Shown here: piece after piece, positions 41,359 to 51,993 of the stretch | Position numbering within the stretch: position 1 is the first letter of the stretch | Layout: each line of letters starts with the position of its first letter | Notes under the pieces: model-generated | The model's database searches: none | Told to the model about the DNA's origin: nothing | Seen by the model: only the letters and a program-made list of their open reading frames with translations | Program-made: the position numbers and the translations under genes | Assembly: GCA_964291415.2 (NCBI GenBank) | Contig: OZ219920.1 | Coordinates: forward strand, 288,001-352,000 | Reading direction: 5' to 3' | DNA from: Alphaproteobacteria bacterium | GTDB lineage: Bacteria > Pseudomonadota > Alphaproteobacteria > SP197 | DNA: 64,000 bases

Positions 41359-42518
41359 CACTCGACAGGCGGTTCCCCTCGATCCACGCGATGCAGGAGT
41401 GCGCAGCCCGGCGGGTGCCGCGCTTCGCCTTTGGCTATCTGGAGGGAGGCATCGACAGGGAAGTCTGCCTGGCTGCCAACATGAATGCCTTGCGCCGGGT
41501 CGTTCTCGCACCCCGTGCAATCGTTGACGAGGCCTTTGAACCGGATCTCTCCGTCACCCTGTTCGGCCGCACCTGGCCGCTTCCCTTCGCTCCCGCCCCG
41601 CTGGGACTGACGGGGCTGATCTGGCCGAACGCCCCGGCGCTCATCGCACGCGCCGCCATTGGCCATGGCCTGCCTGCGTGCCTGAGCAGCTTTGCCACCA
41701 TGTCCGTCGAGGAAATCGGCGCCATCGCCGGGAGCAATCTCTGGTTCCAGCTCTACTGCACCGTGGATCCCGCCATCGAGAACGACATCGTGGATCGGGC
41801 TGAAGCCGCCGGCGCCTCGGTGCTCATCGTGACGGTCGACGTCCCCACGCGTACCAGACGCGAACGCGACATCGCCAGCGGCCTTTCCGTGCCTCCGCGG
41901 ATCGATCGCACGACGCTCACGGACATCATCGCCCGCCCTGCCTGGGCCGTGGCCATGCTGCGGGCTGGCACGCCACGGTTCCGCACGCTCGAGCGCTACC
42001 TGCCCAAGGGGCTGCCTCTGTCGGCCATGGGGGAGCATCTGGCGAGCATGACGGACGGCCGGGTGACGGCGGGAAAGCTCGAACGTCTGCGGAATCGCTG
42101 GAAGGGCTCCATGATCGTCAAGGGACTCCTCGATCCCGATGATGCCGTGAGGATGCGTGACATGGGCGTTGATGCCGTGGCGGTCTCCAACCATGGCGGC
42201 CGCCAGTTCGATGCGGCGCCGGCTCCGGTCGAGGTGCTGACGGCCATCCGCGAGGCCGTTGGCCCAGACTACCCCCTGCTGGCCGACGGTGGCGTACGCT
42301 CGGGAATTGACGTCGCCCGCATGATCGCCTGTGGCGCCGACTTCGTTCTCTTGGGCCGGGCCTTCGCCTATGCGGTCGCTGCCGGGGGCGAGGCCGGGGT
42401 CGACCATGCCATCAGCATCATGCGGGCAGACCTGAGGCAGGGGATGATGCAGGCCGGGACACCACGCCTCGATGGTCTCGCCGCCTGCCGGGCGACGGGG
42501 GTACGCCGCGGCGCCTGA
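41355..42518 (+). CDS. FMN-dependent alpha-hydroxy acid oxidase/dehydrogenase (LldD-like)
   Basis: WFQLY, TVD, RRERD, IVKG, VSNHGGRQ and DGGVRSG. Confidence 0.92.
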   Translation: MTLDRRFPSIHAMQECAARRVPRFAFGYLEGGIDREVCLAANMNALRRVVLAPRAIVDEAFEPDLSVTLFGRTWPLPFAPAPLGLTGLIWPNAPALIARAAIGHGLPACLSSFATMSVEEIGAIAGSNLWFQLYCTVDPAIENDIVDRAEAAGASVLIVTVDVPTRTRRERDIASGLSVPPRIDRTTLTDIIARPAWAVAMLRAGTPRFRTLERYLPKGLPLSAMGEHLASMTDGRVTAGKLERLRNRWKGSMIVKGLLDPDDAVRMRDMGVDAVAVSNHGGRQFDAAPAPVEVLTAIREAVGPDYPLLADGGVRSGIDVARMIACGADFVLLGRAFAYAVAAGGEAGVDHAISIMRADLRQGMMQAGTPRLDGLAACRATGVRRGA

Positions 42519-42521
42519 GGG

Positions 42522-44057
42522 TCAGTTGTCGTGGACGCCGCCTTCGGCCTTGCGGCGGGCGACAAAGTCCTCGAGCTCCTCGCGTATTGCAGGATCGAGA
42601 GGCGGCTCCTGGAAGTCCGCCAGAAGCTTCTTCCAGACGCGGTTGGCGCGCCGGGTGGCATCGGGGCTTCCCGCCTCGACCCAGGTCTCGAAGTTGCGCC
42701 AGTCCGAGAGAAGCGGCGCATAGAAGGCGGTCTCGTAACGCTCCAGGGTGTGGCCGGTGCCGAAGAAGTGACCGCCCGGACCGACGTCCTCCATCGCTTC
42801 CATGCCGATTTCGGCGTCGTTGACGACGATCGGCTCCATGATCTCGAACATGCCCTGGATCATTTCGGCATCGACGATCATCTTTTCGAAACTGGCCACC
42901 AGACCGCCCTCCATCCAGCCGGCGCCGTGATGGATGAGGTTGCCGTGAGCGAGGAAGGCCGCCCACAGGGACATGCCGCTCTCGTAAGCCGCCTGGGCGT
43001 CCACGGCGTTGGACGCGCTGACGTTGCTGGTCCTGAAGGGGATGTTGTAGCGGCGCGCCAGTTGTCCGCTGGCAAGGGTTGCCCTGACGTATTCCGGGGT
43101 GCCGAAAGCCGGCGCTCCCGACTTCATGTCGACGTTGCTGGTGAACCCGCCGTAGACGGATGGAGTGCCGGGCCTGACGATCTGAACCAGCGTCAGGGCG
43201 GCCAGGGCTTCGGCGTTCTGCTGCACGAGGGACCCGGCAAGGGTGGAGGGCGCCATGGCGCCCTGCAGTGTGAACGGCGTGATGGCGACCGCCTGACCGG
43301 CCCGGGCCATCTCGATGAGACCCTGGCTCATGGGTTCGTCAAGGCGTAGCGGCGAGTTGGTGTTGATGAGCGTGATGAGGCCCGGCCGGGCGATCATCTC
43401 GTCCATGTCGATGCCCCGGGCAATGCGGTTCATCTCGATGCCGTCCCGGCTGCGTTCGGCGCCCAGGGCATAGGTCCGCCAGACACGGTCGGTCTCGGTG
43501 ATGAAGGTCATGTAGCAGTCGAGATGCCTGGTGGGCACCGGCAGATCGATGGGTTCCACCGGATATCCGGCGAAGAAATGCACGGCGTTGAGACCGCTGG
43601 CCACTCTCACCAGGTTGCGGAAGTCCTGAAAGCTGCCGGGACGCCGGCCGTTGTCAAGATCGGAGACGTTCGGGGGACTCGACACCGCCGTGGTAACGAT
43701 GTGGTTGCCTCCAAGCGTGATGGAGCGCTCCGCGGTCCGGCTGTGGAGGGTGAACTCAGGCGGCACCGTCGCCATCGCCTGCTCGACGAGACCACGGTCG
43801 AACCGCACGCGCATGGAGCTGTCGTCGACATCGGCGCCTGCCTCGCGGTAGAGCTGCCGCGCGTCTCCGCCCAGAATCTCCATGCCGAGTTCCTCGAGAA
43901 CGTCGAGGGATGCGTTGTGGACATGTTCGATCTGGTCTGCCGAGAGAATGTCGAGCGGGGGAAAGGGATTGTGGACCTCGCGCCAGGGAAGCTGGCGGGG
44001 CGCAGCCGAGCGCGATCGCTCACTGCCCCTGCGTCGGGACCGGGTACGGCGTGCCAT
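42522..44057 (-). CDS. Trimethylamine methyltransferase (MttB) superfamily, non-pyrrolysine
   Basis: NTNSPLR, TPFTL.GAMAP, YGGFTSNVDMKSGAPAFGTPE, HGAGWMEGGL and VGPGGHFF. Confidence 0.93.
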   Translation of the reverse strand: MARRTRSRRRGSERSRSAAPRQLPWREVHNPFPPLDILSADQIEHVHNASLDVLEELGMEILGGDARQLYREAGADVDDSSMRVRFDRGLVEQAMATVPPEFTLHSRTAERSITLGGNHIVTTAVSSPPNVSDLDNGRRPGSFQDFRNLVRVASGLNAVHFFAGYPVEPIDLPVPTRHLDCYMTFITETDRVWRTYALGAERSRDGIEMNRIARGIDMDEMIARPGLITLINTNSPLRLDEPMSQGLIEMARAGQAVAITPFTLQGAMAPSTLAGSLVQQNAEALAALTLVQIVRPGTPSVYGGFTSNVDMKSGAPAFGTPEYVRATLASGQLARRYNIPFRTSNVSASNAVDAQAAYESGMSLWAAFLAHGNLIHHGAGWMEGGLVASFEKMIVDAEMIQGMFEIMEPIVVNDAEIGMEAMEDVGPGGHFFGTGHTLERYETAFYAPLLSDWRNFETWVEAGSPDATRRANRVWKKLLADFQEPPLDPAIREELEDFVARRKAEGGVHDN

Positions 44058-44140
44058 GAAACGCTCCCTTCAGGGGCAGGTTCCCATGCCCCTACTATGG
44101 AAGCAGGTCCCGCCCTGTGACAAGACACCCACGGCGTCGC

Positions 44141-45661
44141 TCACCCGCTCAGGATCTCCGCCTTGCGGCGGGAGACGAAGGCATCGAGTTCCGCTGCGGT
44201 GTCGGCTGAGAGCGCAGGCGCTTCCCAGGCGTCGATGAGCGTGCGGGCAAGGCCCGAGGCGCGTCCGGATGCGTCGATGCCGCCGGCATCACTCCAGCTC
44301 TCGAAATTCGTCCAGTCCGACACCATCGGTTCGTGGAAGGCCGTCTCGTAGCGCTCGAGTGTGTGGTCGGCGCCGAAGAAATGCCCCCCCGGACCGACGT
44401 CCGCCATGGCCGACATGCCGATTTCCTCGTCGGTCACCTTCACCGGCTCCAGAACCTGGCTGATCATCTCGATGGTATCCGCGTCGATCACCATCTTCTC
44501 GAAGCTGGCCACCAATCCGCCTTCAAGCCATCCGGCTGCGTGCAGCACGATGTTGGCGTGGCTCATCACGGCACTCCACAGGGAAATCTGGCTTTCGTAG
44601 GCGGCCTGGGCATCGACCGACGTGGAGGCGTTGACGTTGCTCGAACGATAGGGAACTCCGTTGAGACGGGCGAGCTGGCCACCGATCATCGTCGCCCGGG
44701 CGTATTCGGGCGTGCCGAAGGCGGGGGCGCCCGTCTTCATGTCCACATTGCTGGTGAATCCACCATAGACCACCGGAGCGCCCGGGTTGACGAGTTGCAC
44801 CAGTGTCATGCCGGCAAGCGCCTCGGCATTCTGCTGGGTGACGGCCCCGGCAACACTGGCAGGCGCCATGGCGCCTGCCAGCGTGAAGGGCGTGACGATG
44901 ACCGGCTGGTTGTGTTCGGCCATGGTCATCATGCCGTCGAGCATCGGTGTGTCGAACCTCAGGGGCGAGTTTGCATTGACCACGGTGACGATGCTCGGTT
45001 GTTCCTTCAGTTCCTGGCGCGACAGGTTTCTGGCGATGCAGATGATGGACAGCGCGTCATCGATGCGTTCAGTGCCGAGTGAATAGGCGTGCCACGCCCG
45101 GTCGGTGAGCGTGACAAAGGCGGCGAGACAGTCGAGATGGCGGGTGGCGGCCGGAAGGTCGGTCGGCTCCACCGGGTAGCCGCCGAAGAAATGCAGGCAG
45201 TTGAGCCCCTGAGCAAGGCGCAGGAAATCGCAAAAGTCCCGGAAGTTGCCTTCGCGGCGCCCCCTTTCGAGATCGTGGGCGAAGGGCGGGCTGGCAACCG
45301 GCGTGAAGGCGATGCGGTTGCCGCCGATGGTGAGCGAGCGTTGCGGATTGCGGGCATGGAGCGTGAAGGTGCGGGGTGCGGAGGCCATGGCATGCGCGAC
45401 GAGCTGCCGGGGCAGGCGCACTCTCGACGTGCCGCGGTCCACGTCGGCGCCCGCGTCATGGAACACCGCACGTGCCCGCTCGTGCAGGAACTCGATGCCG
45501 ATTTCCTCGAGAACGGCAAGGGACCGGTCCTGGATGTGGTCGATTTCATCCCGGGACACCGCCTCGAGGGGCGCAAAGGGATTGACCGGCAGGCGCCAGG
45601 CCGGTTGTTGACGGGCGCCCTTCGTGCGTCGCTGACGGCCTCTTCGTGACACTCGTGCCAT
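44141..45661 (-). CDS. Trimethylamine methyltransferase (MttB) superfamily, non-pyrrolysine (paralogue 2)
   Basis: NANSPLR, GAMAP, SNVDMKTGAPAFGTPE and HAAGWLEGGL. Confidence 0.93.
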   Translation of the reverse strand: MARVSRRGRQRRTKGARQQPAWRLPVNPFAPLEAVSRDEIDHIQDRSLAVLEEIGIEFLHERARAVFHDAGADVDRGTSRVRLPRQLVAHAMASAPRTFTLHARNPQRSLTIGGNRIAFTPVASPPFAHDLERGRREGNFRDFCDFLRLAQGLNCLHFFGGYPVEPTDLPAATRHLDCLAAFVTLTDRAWHAYSLGTERIDDALSIICIARNLSRQELKEQPSIVTVVNANSPLRFDTPMLDGMMTMAEHNQPVIVTPFTLAGAMAPASVAGAVTQQNAEALAGMTLVQLVNPGAPVVYGGFTSNVDMKTGAPAFGTPEYARATMIGGQLARLNGVPYRSSNVNASTSVDAQAAYESQISLWSAVMSHANIVLHAAGWLEGGLVASFEKMVIDADTIEMISQVLEPVKVTDEEIGMSAMADVGPGGHFFGADHTLERYETAFHEPMVSDWTNFESWSDAGGIDASGRASGLARTLIDAWEAPALSADTAAELDAFVSRRKAEILSG

Positions 45662-45727
45662 GGATTGCGGCCCCATCACTGTCTTGTGTTCATAGGCCAT
45701 GCGGCGGTTGCGGGCAAACCGGAGCTC

Positions 45728-47098
45728 TCATCGGGCCATCGAGTGCATCACCGCCGCGAAGTCATGGGCAATCCGGTCTTCCATGGCGTGGTGGCCCCCG
45801 TTGATGACGTGACGGCCACGGACGAACACGTCGCGAACGGGGTTGCCGTTGCCGGAAAGGATGAAGCTGTCGAGAAGCTGGCCGTGTCTGCGGGCGACGA
45901 GCGCCGGGTGATCGGCATCCAGGACCACGACATCCGCTGGCGCGCCGGGCTGCAATCCGGCGACCGTCTGCCCCAGCGCCCGGGCGCCGCCGACAAGGCC
46001 CGACCGCCACAGGGCCTCGCCGGTGTGAGGAACGTCCCGGGTCGAGACCACGCAGCGCCGCCTGCGGCGCAGCCGTTGCACATACTCCAGCCACCGCAGT
46101 TCCTCGACCGGGCTCGTCGACACGTGGCTGTCGGAGCCGATGCCGAAGACGCCGCGCTGCTTCAGATATGACCCCAGGGGGAACATGCCGTCGCCCAGGT
46201 TCGCTTCGGTCGTCGGACACAGGCCGACCACGGCCCCGCTTGCCGCCATCCGGGCGACCTCGCCTGCTGTCACGTGGGTTGCGTGGACGAGGCACCATCG
46301 CCTGTCGACAGGGACATGCTCGAGGAGCCAGTCGACCGGCCGTTTTCCCGACCAGGCGAGACACTCCTCCACTTCACGCCCTTGTTCGGCGATGTGGATG
46401 TGGACGGGCATGTTGTCGTCAACGAACGCCAGTACCTCCGTCAGTCCGGTCCTGCCGACGGCGCGCAGGGAATGAGGTGCGATTCCCAGCCTGACTCCAC
46501 TGTCGCGGGCACGGCCAAGCGTCTGCATGAGCCGCAGGTAGGCATCGCTGTCATGGACGAACCGGCGCTGGCCCGGTTCCGCAGGGGCTTCGCCAAACCC
46601 GCCGAAGGTGTAGAGGACCGGGAGCAGTGTCAGCGCGATTCCGGTATGGCGCGCGGCGTCGACGAGGCGCCAGGAGATTTCAGCGGGATCGTCGTAGGGC
46701 ATGCCGTCCTGCTGGTGGTGCAGGTAGTGAAACTCGCCAACCGCCGTGTAGCCGGCCTTGAGCATCTCGAGGTAGAGCTGGGCGGCGATGGCGCCGACGT
46801 CGTCGGGTCCGAGGCGCGCCAGAAAGAGATACATCGCCTCGCGCCAGCTCCAGAAGCTGTCCGCTGTTCCCGATCCCGCCCTTTCCCCCAGTCCCGCCAT
46901 GGCCCGCTGGAAGGCATGGCTGTGGAGATTGGCCATTCCCGGAAGAACCGGTCCCGCAAGGCGAACCGATCCGGGCGGCGCAGGCGTACCGGTGCCCACG
47001 GACTCGATCATCCCGTCGGCGTCGATGGTGATCTGGACATCATCGGCCCAGCCGTCGATCAGCATCGCCGACGGCGCGTGAAGGACGGTACTGGGCAT
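45728..47098 (-). CDS. hutF: Formimidoylglutamate deiminase
   Basis: NLHSHAFQRAMAG, DSFWSWR, EFHYLHH, APHSLRAV, HIHIAEQ, CPTTEANLGDG and GSDSH. Confidence 0.95.
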   Translation of the reverse strand: MPSTVLHAPSAMLIDGWADDVQITIDADGMIESVGTGTPAPPGSVRLAGPVLPGMANLHSHAFQRAMAGLGERAGSGTADSFWSWREAMYLFLARLGPDDVGAIAAQLYLEMLKAGYTAVGEFHYLHHQQDGMPYDDPAEISWRLVDAARHTGIALTLLPVLYTFGGFGEAPAEPGQRRFVHDSDAYLRLMQTLGRARDSGVRLGIAPHSLRAVGRTGLTEVLAFVDDNMPVHIHIAEQGREVEECLAWSGKRPVDWLLEHVPVDRRWCLVHATHVTAGEVARMAASGAVVGLCPTTEANLGDGMFPLGSYLKQRGVFGIGSDSHVSTSPVEELRWLEYVQRLRRRRRCVVSTRDVPHTGEALWRSGLVGGARALGQTVAGLQPGAPADVVVLDADHPALVARRHGQLLDSFILSGNGNPVRDVFVRGRHVINGGHHAMEDRIAHDFAAVMHSMAR

Positions 47099-47463
47099 GC
47101 CGGTCGCTCCTCGAACACCAGGCGACAGCAATAGTCGGCACAGTCCGGCGTGCGCAAGTCTCCCGTCGCTCACCGGGCAAGAACGCATGCACCGCCATGC
47201 AGGCGTCAACGGCGTCCCACACGCGACTCTCGCCCTTGGCCCAAGTGTCGAACAGAGCGCAGGTCCTTGCATGACCGGGCTCCGCTCCCGGCATGTCGCA
47301 GGGAAGGGTGGTTCGAAACAGTCGGAGCCGGTCTGGACGGGTCACTCCCAATCGGCACACTGGATCACCTGCCTCCTAGGGGATCCCGGGCCGGCCATCG
47401 AAACGGCGTCCCGGAAAATCGGGGACATCGTCGCAACGAAACGCCGCGGGGAGCTGAACACTC

Positions 47464-48009
47464 GTGAAGGACACGATCCGCACCGGCACAGTCGAACTCG
47501 TCGAGGCGACACGCGACGACATTCCCCTCGTGCAGGACCTGGCGCGCTTCTACCTCTACGACATGGCGCGCCAGATCGGTCCCCGTGAAGAGTGGGTCGC
47601 CAACGCCACGTGGCGGTGCGAGCAGATGGATCTCTCGTACGCGTGGAACGAAGGCAACCACCCGTTTCTCATTGAAGTTGACGGCAACATCGCGGGTTTC
47701 TGCCTGATTGATCGCTACCGCCTCGTGCCCGGCGTCGACTGGAACATGAGCGAGTTCTACGTGTCGGGCCCCTGGGCGGGACGCGGCGTGGGGCGCCGGG
47801 CCGCCGAAGCCGCCTTCGATCGCTTCACGGGATGCTGGCAGGTGGTGCAGTTCCCTCAAAACAGGGCTGCCGTGCTCTTCTGGCGGCGGGTGATCGAGAC
47901 CTATTCGGGCGGAGCCTTCACGGAACGTCTCATTCCGGATCCGGATGGAGACGGTGCCCAGCTCAACGTCATGACCTTTGCCGTATCGGACATGAAGCCC
48001 CGATCATGA
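47464..48009 (+). CDS. GNAT family N-acetyltransferase
   Basis: FYLYD, IAGF.L, MSEFYV...GRGVG and N.AA..FW. Confidence 0.85.
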   Translation: MKDTIRTGTVELVEATRDDIPLVQDLARFYLYDMARQIGPREEWVANATWRCEQMDLSYAWNEGNHPFLIEVDGNIAGFCLIDRYRLVPGVDWNMSEFYVSGPWAGRGVGRRAAEAAFDRFTGCWQVVQFPQNRAAVLFWRRVIETYSGGAFTERLIPDPDGDGAQLNVMTFAVSDMKPRS

Positions 48010-48070
48010 AGAACCGCTTCAACTCTAGGTCGACTTTCCGTTCATCGCTGATGATGCGAAAGTGACATCC

Positions 48071-49297
48071 ATGTGGGATACGCTCTGGCTGGACGTTCGC
48101 CTCGCCACCATGGAGGAGGGCCGTGGCGCCTATGGCGTGATCGATGACGGTGCGCTCGGCGTCAGCGACGGTCGCATCGTGTTCTGCGGCAGGCGCGATG
48201 CCTTGCCGGGTCACGCCGGAGCGCTCGCCCGCGAGGTGTACCGCCTTGACGGACGCTGGATGACGCCTGGCCTCATCGATTGCCACACCCATCTCGTCTA
48301 CGGCGGCGACCGGGCCGACGAGTTCGAGGCCCGTCTCGAAGGCGCGTCCTACGAGGATCTTCTCAAGGCCGGGCACGGCATTCTCTCCACGGTCCGCGCG
48401 ACGCGTGCAGCCGATTGCGAAGCACTGGTCAACGCGGCCCTGCCGCGGCTCGACGCGTTGCTGGCCGAGGGTGTGACCACAGTCGAGATCAAGTCGGGCT
48501 ACGGCCTCGACCTCGACACGGAATGCACCATGCTGCGGGCGGCAAGGCACCTCCAGACGATGCGTCCGGTCAGCGTCGTGACCACGTTCCTGGGCGCCCA
48601 TGCCCTGCCGCCCGAGTTCAACGACAGAAGGGACGACTACGTGGAATTCGTCTGCGCAACGGTGATGCCGGAGGTGGTCGCCTGCGGACTGGCGGATGCC
48701 GTCGACGTCTTCTGTGAACACGTTGCCTTCACGGCCGCGGAAACGGATCGCATCCTTGCCAGGGCCCGCCATCTCGGTTTGCCGGTCAAGCTCCACGCCG
48801 GACAGCTCTCGGAGTGCGGCGCCGTCGAGGTCGCCGCCCGCCATGGCGCGCTCTCATGCGATCATCTCGAGTATCTCTCGCCGGACGGCGCTCAAGCCAT
48901 GGCGCGCGCCGGAACCGTTGCGGTGCTGCTTCCCGGTGCGGCCTACGTGCTGCGCGCCGACACCATGCCATCGATCGATCTCATGCGCCGCCACGACCTT
49001 GCCATGGCCGTGTCGACAGACTGCAATCCGGGCAGTTCCCCGGTGACGTCGCTGCTGCTCATGCTCAACATGGCGTCGACCCTCTTTCTTCTCACTCCCG
49101 AAGAGGCTCTCGCCGGTGCGACAAGACAGGCCGCAAGGGCGCTCGGTCTCCTGGGCGACCGCGGCACGCTCAGTGTCGGCAAACGGGCGGATCTGGCCGT
49201 CTGGGACATCAACCACCCCAATGTCCTTGCCTATCAGGTGGGATTCAATCCGCTCCACGCCGTCATCAAGGGCGGCAACGTGGCAACACGGAATTGA
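48071..49297 (+). CDS. hutI: Imidazolonepropionase
   Basis: [43 protein letters not shown] and TDCNPG. Confidence 0.95.
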   Translation: MWDTLWLDVRLATMEEGRGAYGVIDDGALGVSDGRIVFCGRRDALPGHAGALAREVYRLDGRWMTPGLIDCHTHLVYGGDRADEFEARLEGASYEDLLKAGHGILSTVRATRAADCEALVNAALPRLDALLAEGVTTVEIKSGYGLDLDTECTMLRAARHLQTMRPVSVVTTFLGAHALPPEFNDRRDDYVEFVCATVMPEVVACGLADAVDVFCEHVAFTAAETDRILARARHLGLPVKLHAGQLSECGAVEVAARHGALSCDHLEYLSPDGAQAMARAGTVAVLLPGAAYVLRADTMPSIDLMRRHDLAMAVSTDCNPGSSPVTSLLLMLNMASTLFLLTPEEALAGATRQAARALGLLGDRGTLSVGKRADLAVWDINHPNVLAYQVGFNPLHAVIKGGNVATRN

Positions 49298-49347
49298 CAA
49301 ACTCCCTTGCGTGATCTGCTACACTCCACGGACCTGACAAACGGGAG

Positions 49348-49878
49348 ATGGTCATGACACGCTGCAAGACCCTGAGTGCCGTCCTGGTCGTGTTCAGCCT
49401 CGCTGTGGGCGGTCACGCTGCGGCGGAGATGCAGACATCGGTCAACATCACTCCTCAGGGGGTGGCGATCGGCGGCTGGGACACCGTTGCCTACTTCACG
49501 GAGAATCGCGCCGTCATGGGATCGGCGGAATTCTCACACGACTGGCAGGGAGCCACCTGGCATTTTGCCTCGGCTGCCAACCGCGACCTCTTCGCGGGCG
49601 ATCCCGAAGCCTACGCCCCGCAGTTCGGCGGCTGGTGTGCCTATGCCCTGACGCAGGGCGAGTACGCGGCAGAGGTCGACCCCCAACAGGCCTGGACCGT
49701 TCACGAGAACCAGCTGTTCCTCAACTGGAATGCCAAGATTCGCAAGAAATGGGTCAACAATGGCATCGAGGACGGTGTGACCGTCGGCCGCGAGAACTGG
49801 GTTGAGGTCGAGCAGCAGATCCTCGACGGCGAAGCGGAGTATTCGCGCAAGGGGAATTCCCCGTGGAACGATTTGTAA
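49348..49878 (+). CDS. Exported YHS-domain protein (Cys form of YHS selenoprotein family)
   Basis: Signal peptide; AIGGWDTVAYF...W.FASAANRDLF..DPEAYAPQFGGWCAYA. Confidence 0.88.
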   Translation: MVMTRCKTLSAVLVVFSLAVGGHAAAEMQTSVNITPQGVAIGGWDTVAYFTENRAVMGSAEFSHDWQGATWHFASAANRDLFAGDPEAYAPQFGGWCAYALTQGEYAAEVDPQQAWTVHENQLFLNWNAKIRKKWVNNGIEDGVTVGRENWVEVEQQILDGEAEYSRKGNSPWNDL

Positions 49879-49888
49879 TCATCGCGCC

Positions 49889-50629
49889 ATGACGACGCCT
49901 CGCGTCCTCGTCTTCCAGCATATCGCCATCGAACATCCCGGCGTATTCCGGGACTTCCTTGCGGAGGACGGAATCCCCTGGACTGCCGTTGAGCTCGACG
50001 AGGGGGCGGCGATTCCGGACCTCTCGGACTTCGACGTGCTGTGGGTCATGGGTGGTCCCATGGACGTCTGGCAGGACGATCTCCACCCCTGGCTCGAACC
50101 CGAGAGGCAGGCCATTCGCGAGGCCGTTGTGTCGCGCAGGATGCCGTTCCTGGGCTTCTGCCTGGGTCATCAGCTCCTGGCCCAGGCGCTCGGCGGCGAG
50201 GTGGGACCGGCTGCCGAGCCGGAAATCGGCATCCTCGAGGTGGAGCTTGAACCGGCCGGCATCGCAAGTCCCCTCTTCGCGGGCCTCCCGGCGGTTCATC
50301 GCACCCTGCAGTGGCATGGCGCGGAAGTCCTCGACGTTCCGCCCGAAACGCAGGTGCTGGCGAAGTCCGGCGCCTGTGCAACGCAGTCGCTCGGGTACGG
50401 CGATCACGCCTTCAGTATCCAGTACCACATCGAGATCACGTCCGAGACGGTGAGCCAATGGGCCAGGGTGCCGGAATACAAGCGCGCCCTCGAGGACAAC
50501 CTCGGCTCCGGAGCCCTGCCCCGGCTCGAGACCGAGGCGGCGGCCGCGATGGCCGAGTTCAACGCGAGCGCCCGCATCGTCTACGACAACTTCATGGGCA
50601 TGGTCCGCAGCCGCCTGCAGGCTCCGTGA
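49889..50629 (+). CDS. Type 1 glutamine amidotransferase
   Basis: MGGPM, LGFCLGHQ, QWHG and QYHIE (Cys-His-Glu triad). Confidence 0.92.
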   Translation: MTTPRVLVFQHIAIEHPGVFRDFLAEDGIPWTAVELDEGAAIPDLSDFDVLWVMGGPMDVWQDDLHPWLEPERQAIREAVVSRRMPFLGFCLGHQLLAQALGGEVGPAAEPEIGILEVELEPAGIASPLFAGLPAVHRTLQWHGAEVLDVPPETQVLAKSGACATQSLGYGDHAFSIQYHIEITSETVSQWARVPEYKRALEDNLGSGALPRLETEAAAAMAEFNASARIVYDNFMGMVRSRLQAP

Positions 50630-50761
50630 ATCCCTGCTTCGCGCCGCCCTGCCACTGGCAACTGGATAGGGCATGACCCAGGGTTGATCAGACGTGATCG
50701 ATGAAGCCGGACCGGTCACGTTGCCAGGTCGGTCAGACCGCCTGTGTCTTCCCGGGGGTGG

Positions 50762-51100
50762 TCAGAGCAATCCGGCCGGGATGGCGAAGGCATCTCGCGT
50801 AAGTCTGGTTCCGGTTTCCTTCAGGCAAACCACGGCTCCCGTTCCGAGTGGCCTGCCCAGCCTGGTCAGGGTCGAGAGGTTCCTCGCGGCGGCGAGTCCC
50901 GGGGATGCCGTCTTCTTGAACTCGAAGGGATGAATTCTGTTGTCGCGCTCGACCAGCAGATCCACTTCCCGGTTGTCCCGGTCCCGGTAGAAGCGAACAG
51001 CGGCGTGCAATCCGCCATGCCAGTAGCTCTTGAGAATCTCGGCGAACATCCAGGTCTCCAGGATGGCGCCGGACATCGCACCGGTCACCGCGTTGATCAC
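50762..51100 (-). pseudogene. C-terminal remnant of AAA_14/DUF4143 ATP-binding protein
   Basis: GAILETWMFAEILKSY...FYRDRDNREVDLL...PFEFKK; ATPase domain absent. Confidence 0.75.
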
Positions 51101-51245
51101 CAGTCGCCCGGACGTTTCTCAAGCACCCATGTCCAAGCATCGACATTTCCGCGAGGCGTGCCTGACGAAGACTCCCGTGCTGTACGGCCTGCCGCTGCGC
51201 ATCGATCGCCAGCGAGGCCGGGAGTGCCCCGAAGTCGCCGGGAAT

Positions 51246-51959
51246 TCAGCCCGCAATGGTGCGCAGGCGGGCGATCTGGCTTTCCACCGAGATACCCTCC
51301 TGCGAGGTGATTTCCAGTTTCTTGTCCTGGAAGGTGTCTCCGGGATGAGCCTGCCTCCATTCCTCGACGACCCTGTCGCGTTCGCGCACCAGGTCCTTCA
51401 CCAGCGGTCGAAACAGGCGCAGCATGCCGGTGATCCAGCGGTTGACGGGCCAGGATGGCCGGGCGTGATCGATCACGAAGTCGTCGACCATCTCGCAGAC
51501 ATCGTCGGCCGCATACCAGGCTTCTCCCGTGACCCACCGATTGACGGTGAAGAGGCCTATGGCGAATCCCTTGGAATCCATCGAGATGGCGATGAGGTGA
51601 CTGAGCGCGTCGTTGCCCGTCGGCCACTCCGCTTCGCCGTCGTAGGCCACCGGAACGACGCCCGGCTTCATGCCCTTGGTGCGCATGAAGGTGTGAAAGT
51701 GGCCGTGTTCTCCAGGCCTCTGTGCCTTGGGATGGGCATGGTAGTAGTACTGGCTGTGGCTCGTGCGGTCGAAGACATCGCCCTTGGGATAGTGCCGCCA
51801 CTGGTAGAACGTGCCGGCGTCCCGCAGCAGTTCGCCAACGATGTTGTCATTGGTCCGGCGCAGGACGCGATGGCATTCGAGAACGTCGTTGCCTGCCGCG
51901 ATCATCGCCTCGAGTTCGTCATGCGGGAGATCTTCAAGGCGGGTCCGTTCTGTCGTCAT
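51246..51959 (-). CDS. His-rich conserved protein (DUF6969-like)
   Basis: W.HYP.GDVFD...QYYYHAH...EHGHFHTF...HLIAISMD..G...LFTVNRWVT.E. Confidence 0.7.
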   Translation of the reverse strand: MTTERTRLEDLPHDELEAMIAAGNDVLECHRVLRRTNDNIVGELLRDAGTFYQWRHYPKGDVFDRTSHSQYYYHAHPKAQRPGEHGHFHTFMRTKGMKPGVVPVAYDGEAEWPTGNDALSHLIAISMDSKGFAIGLFTVNRWVTGEAWYAADDVCEMVDDFVIDHARPSWPVNRWITGMLRLFRPLVKDLVRERDRVVEEWRQAHPGDTFQDKKLEITSQEGISVESQIARLRTIAG

Positions 51960-51993
51960 GGCGAGCCCTCTCGGGTGGATGTCCGGGCCATGG

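Noticed and set aside
42522-45661. Pyrrolysine recoding in MttB genes
   Set aside because: Both ORFs are uninterrupted with no in-frame TAG; His occupies the approximate Pyl position
49348-49878. Selenocysteine in the YHS protein
   Set aside because: The GGWC codon is TGT (Cys) and there is no in-frame TGA
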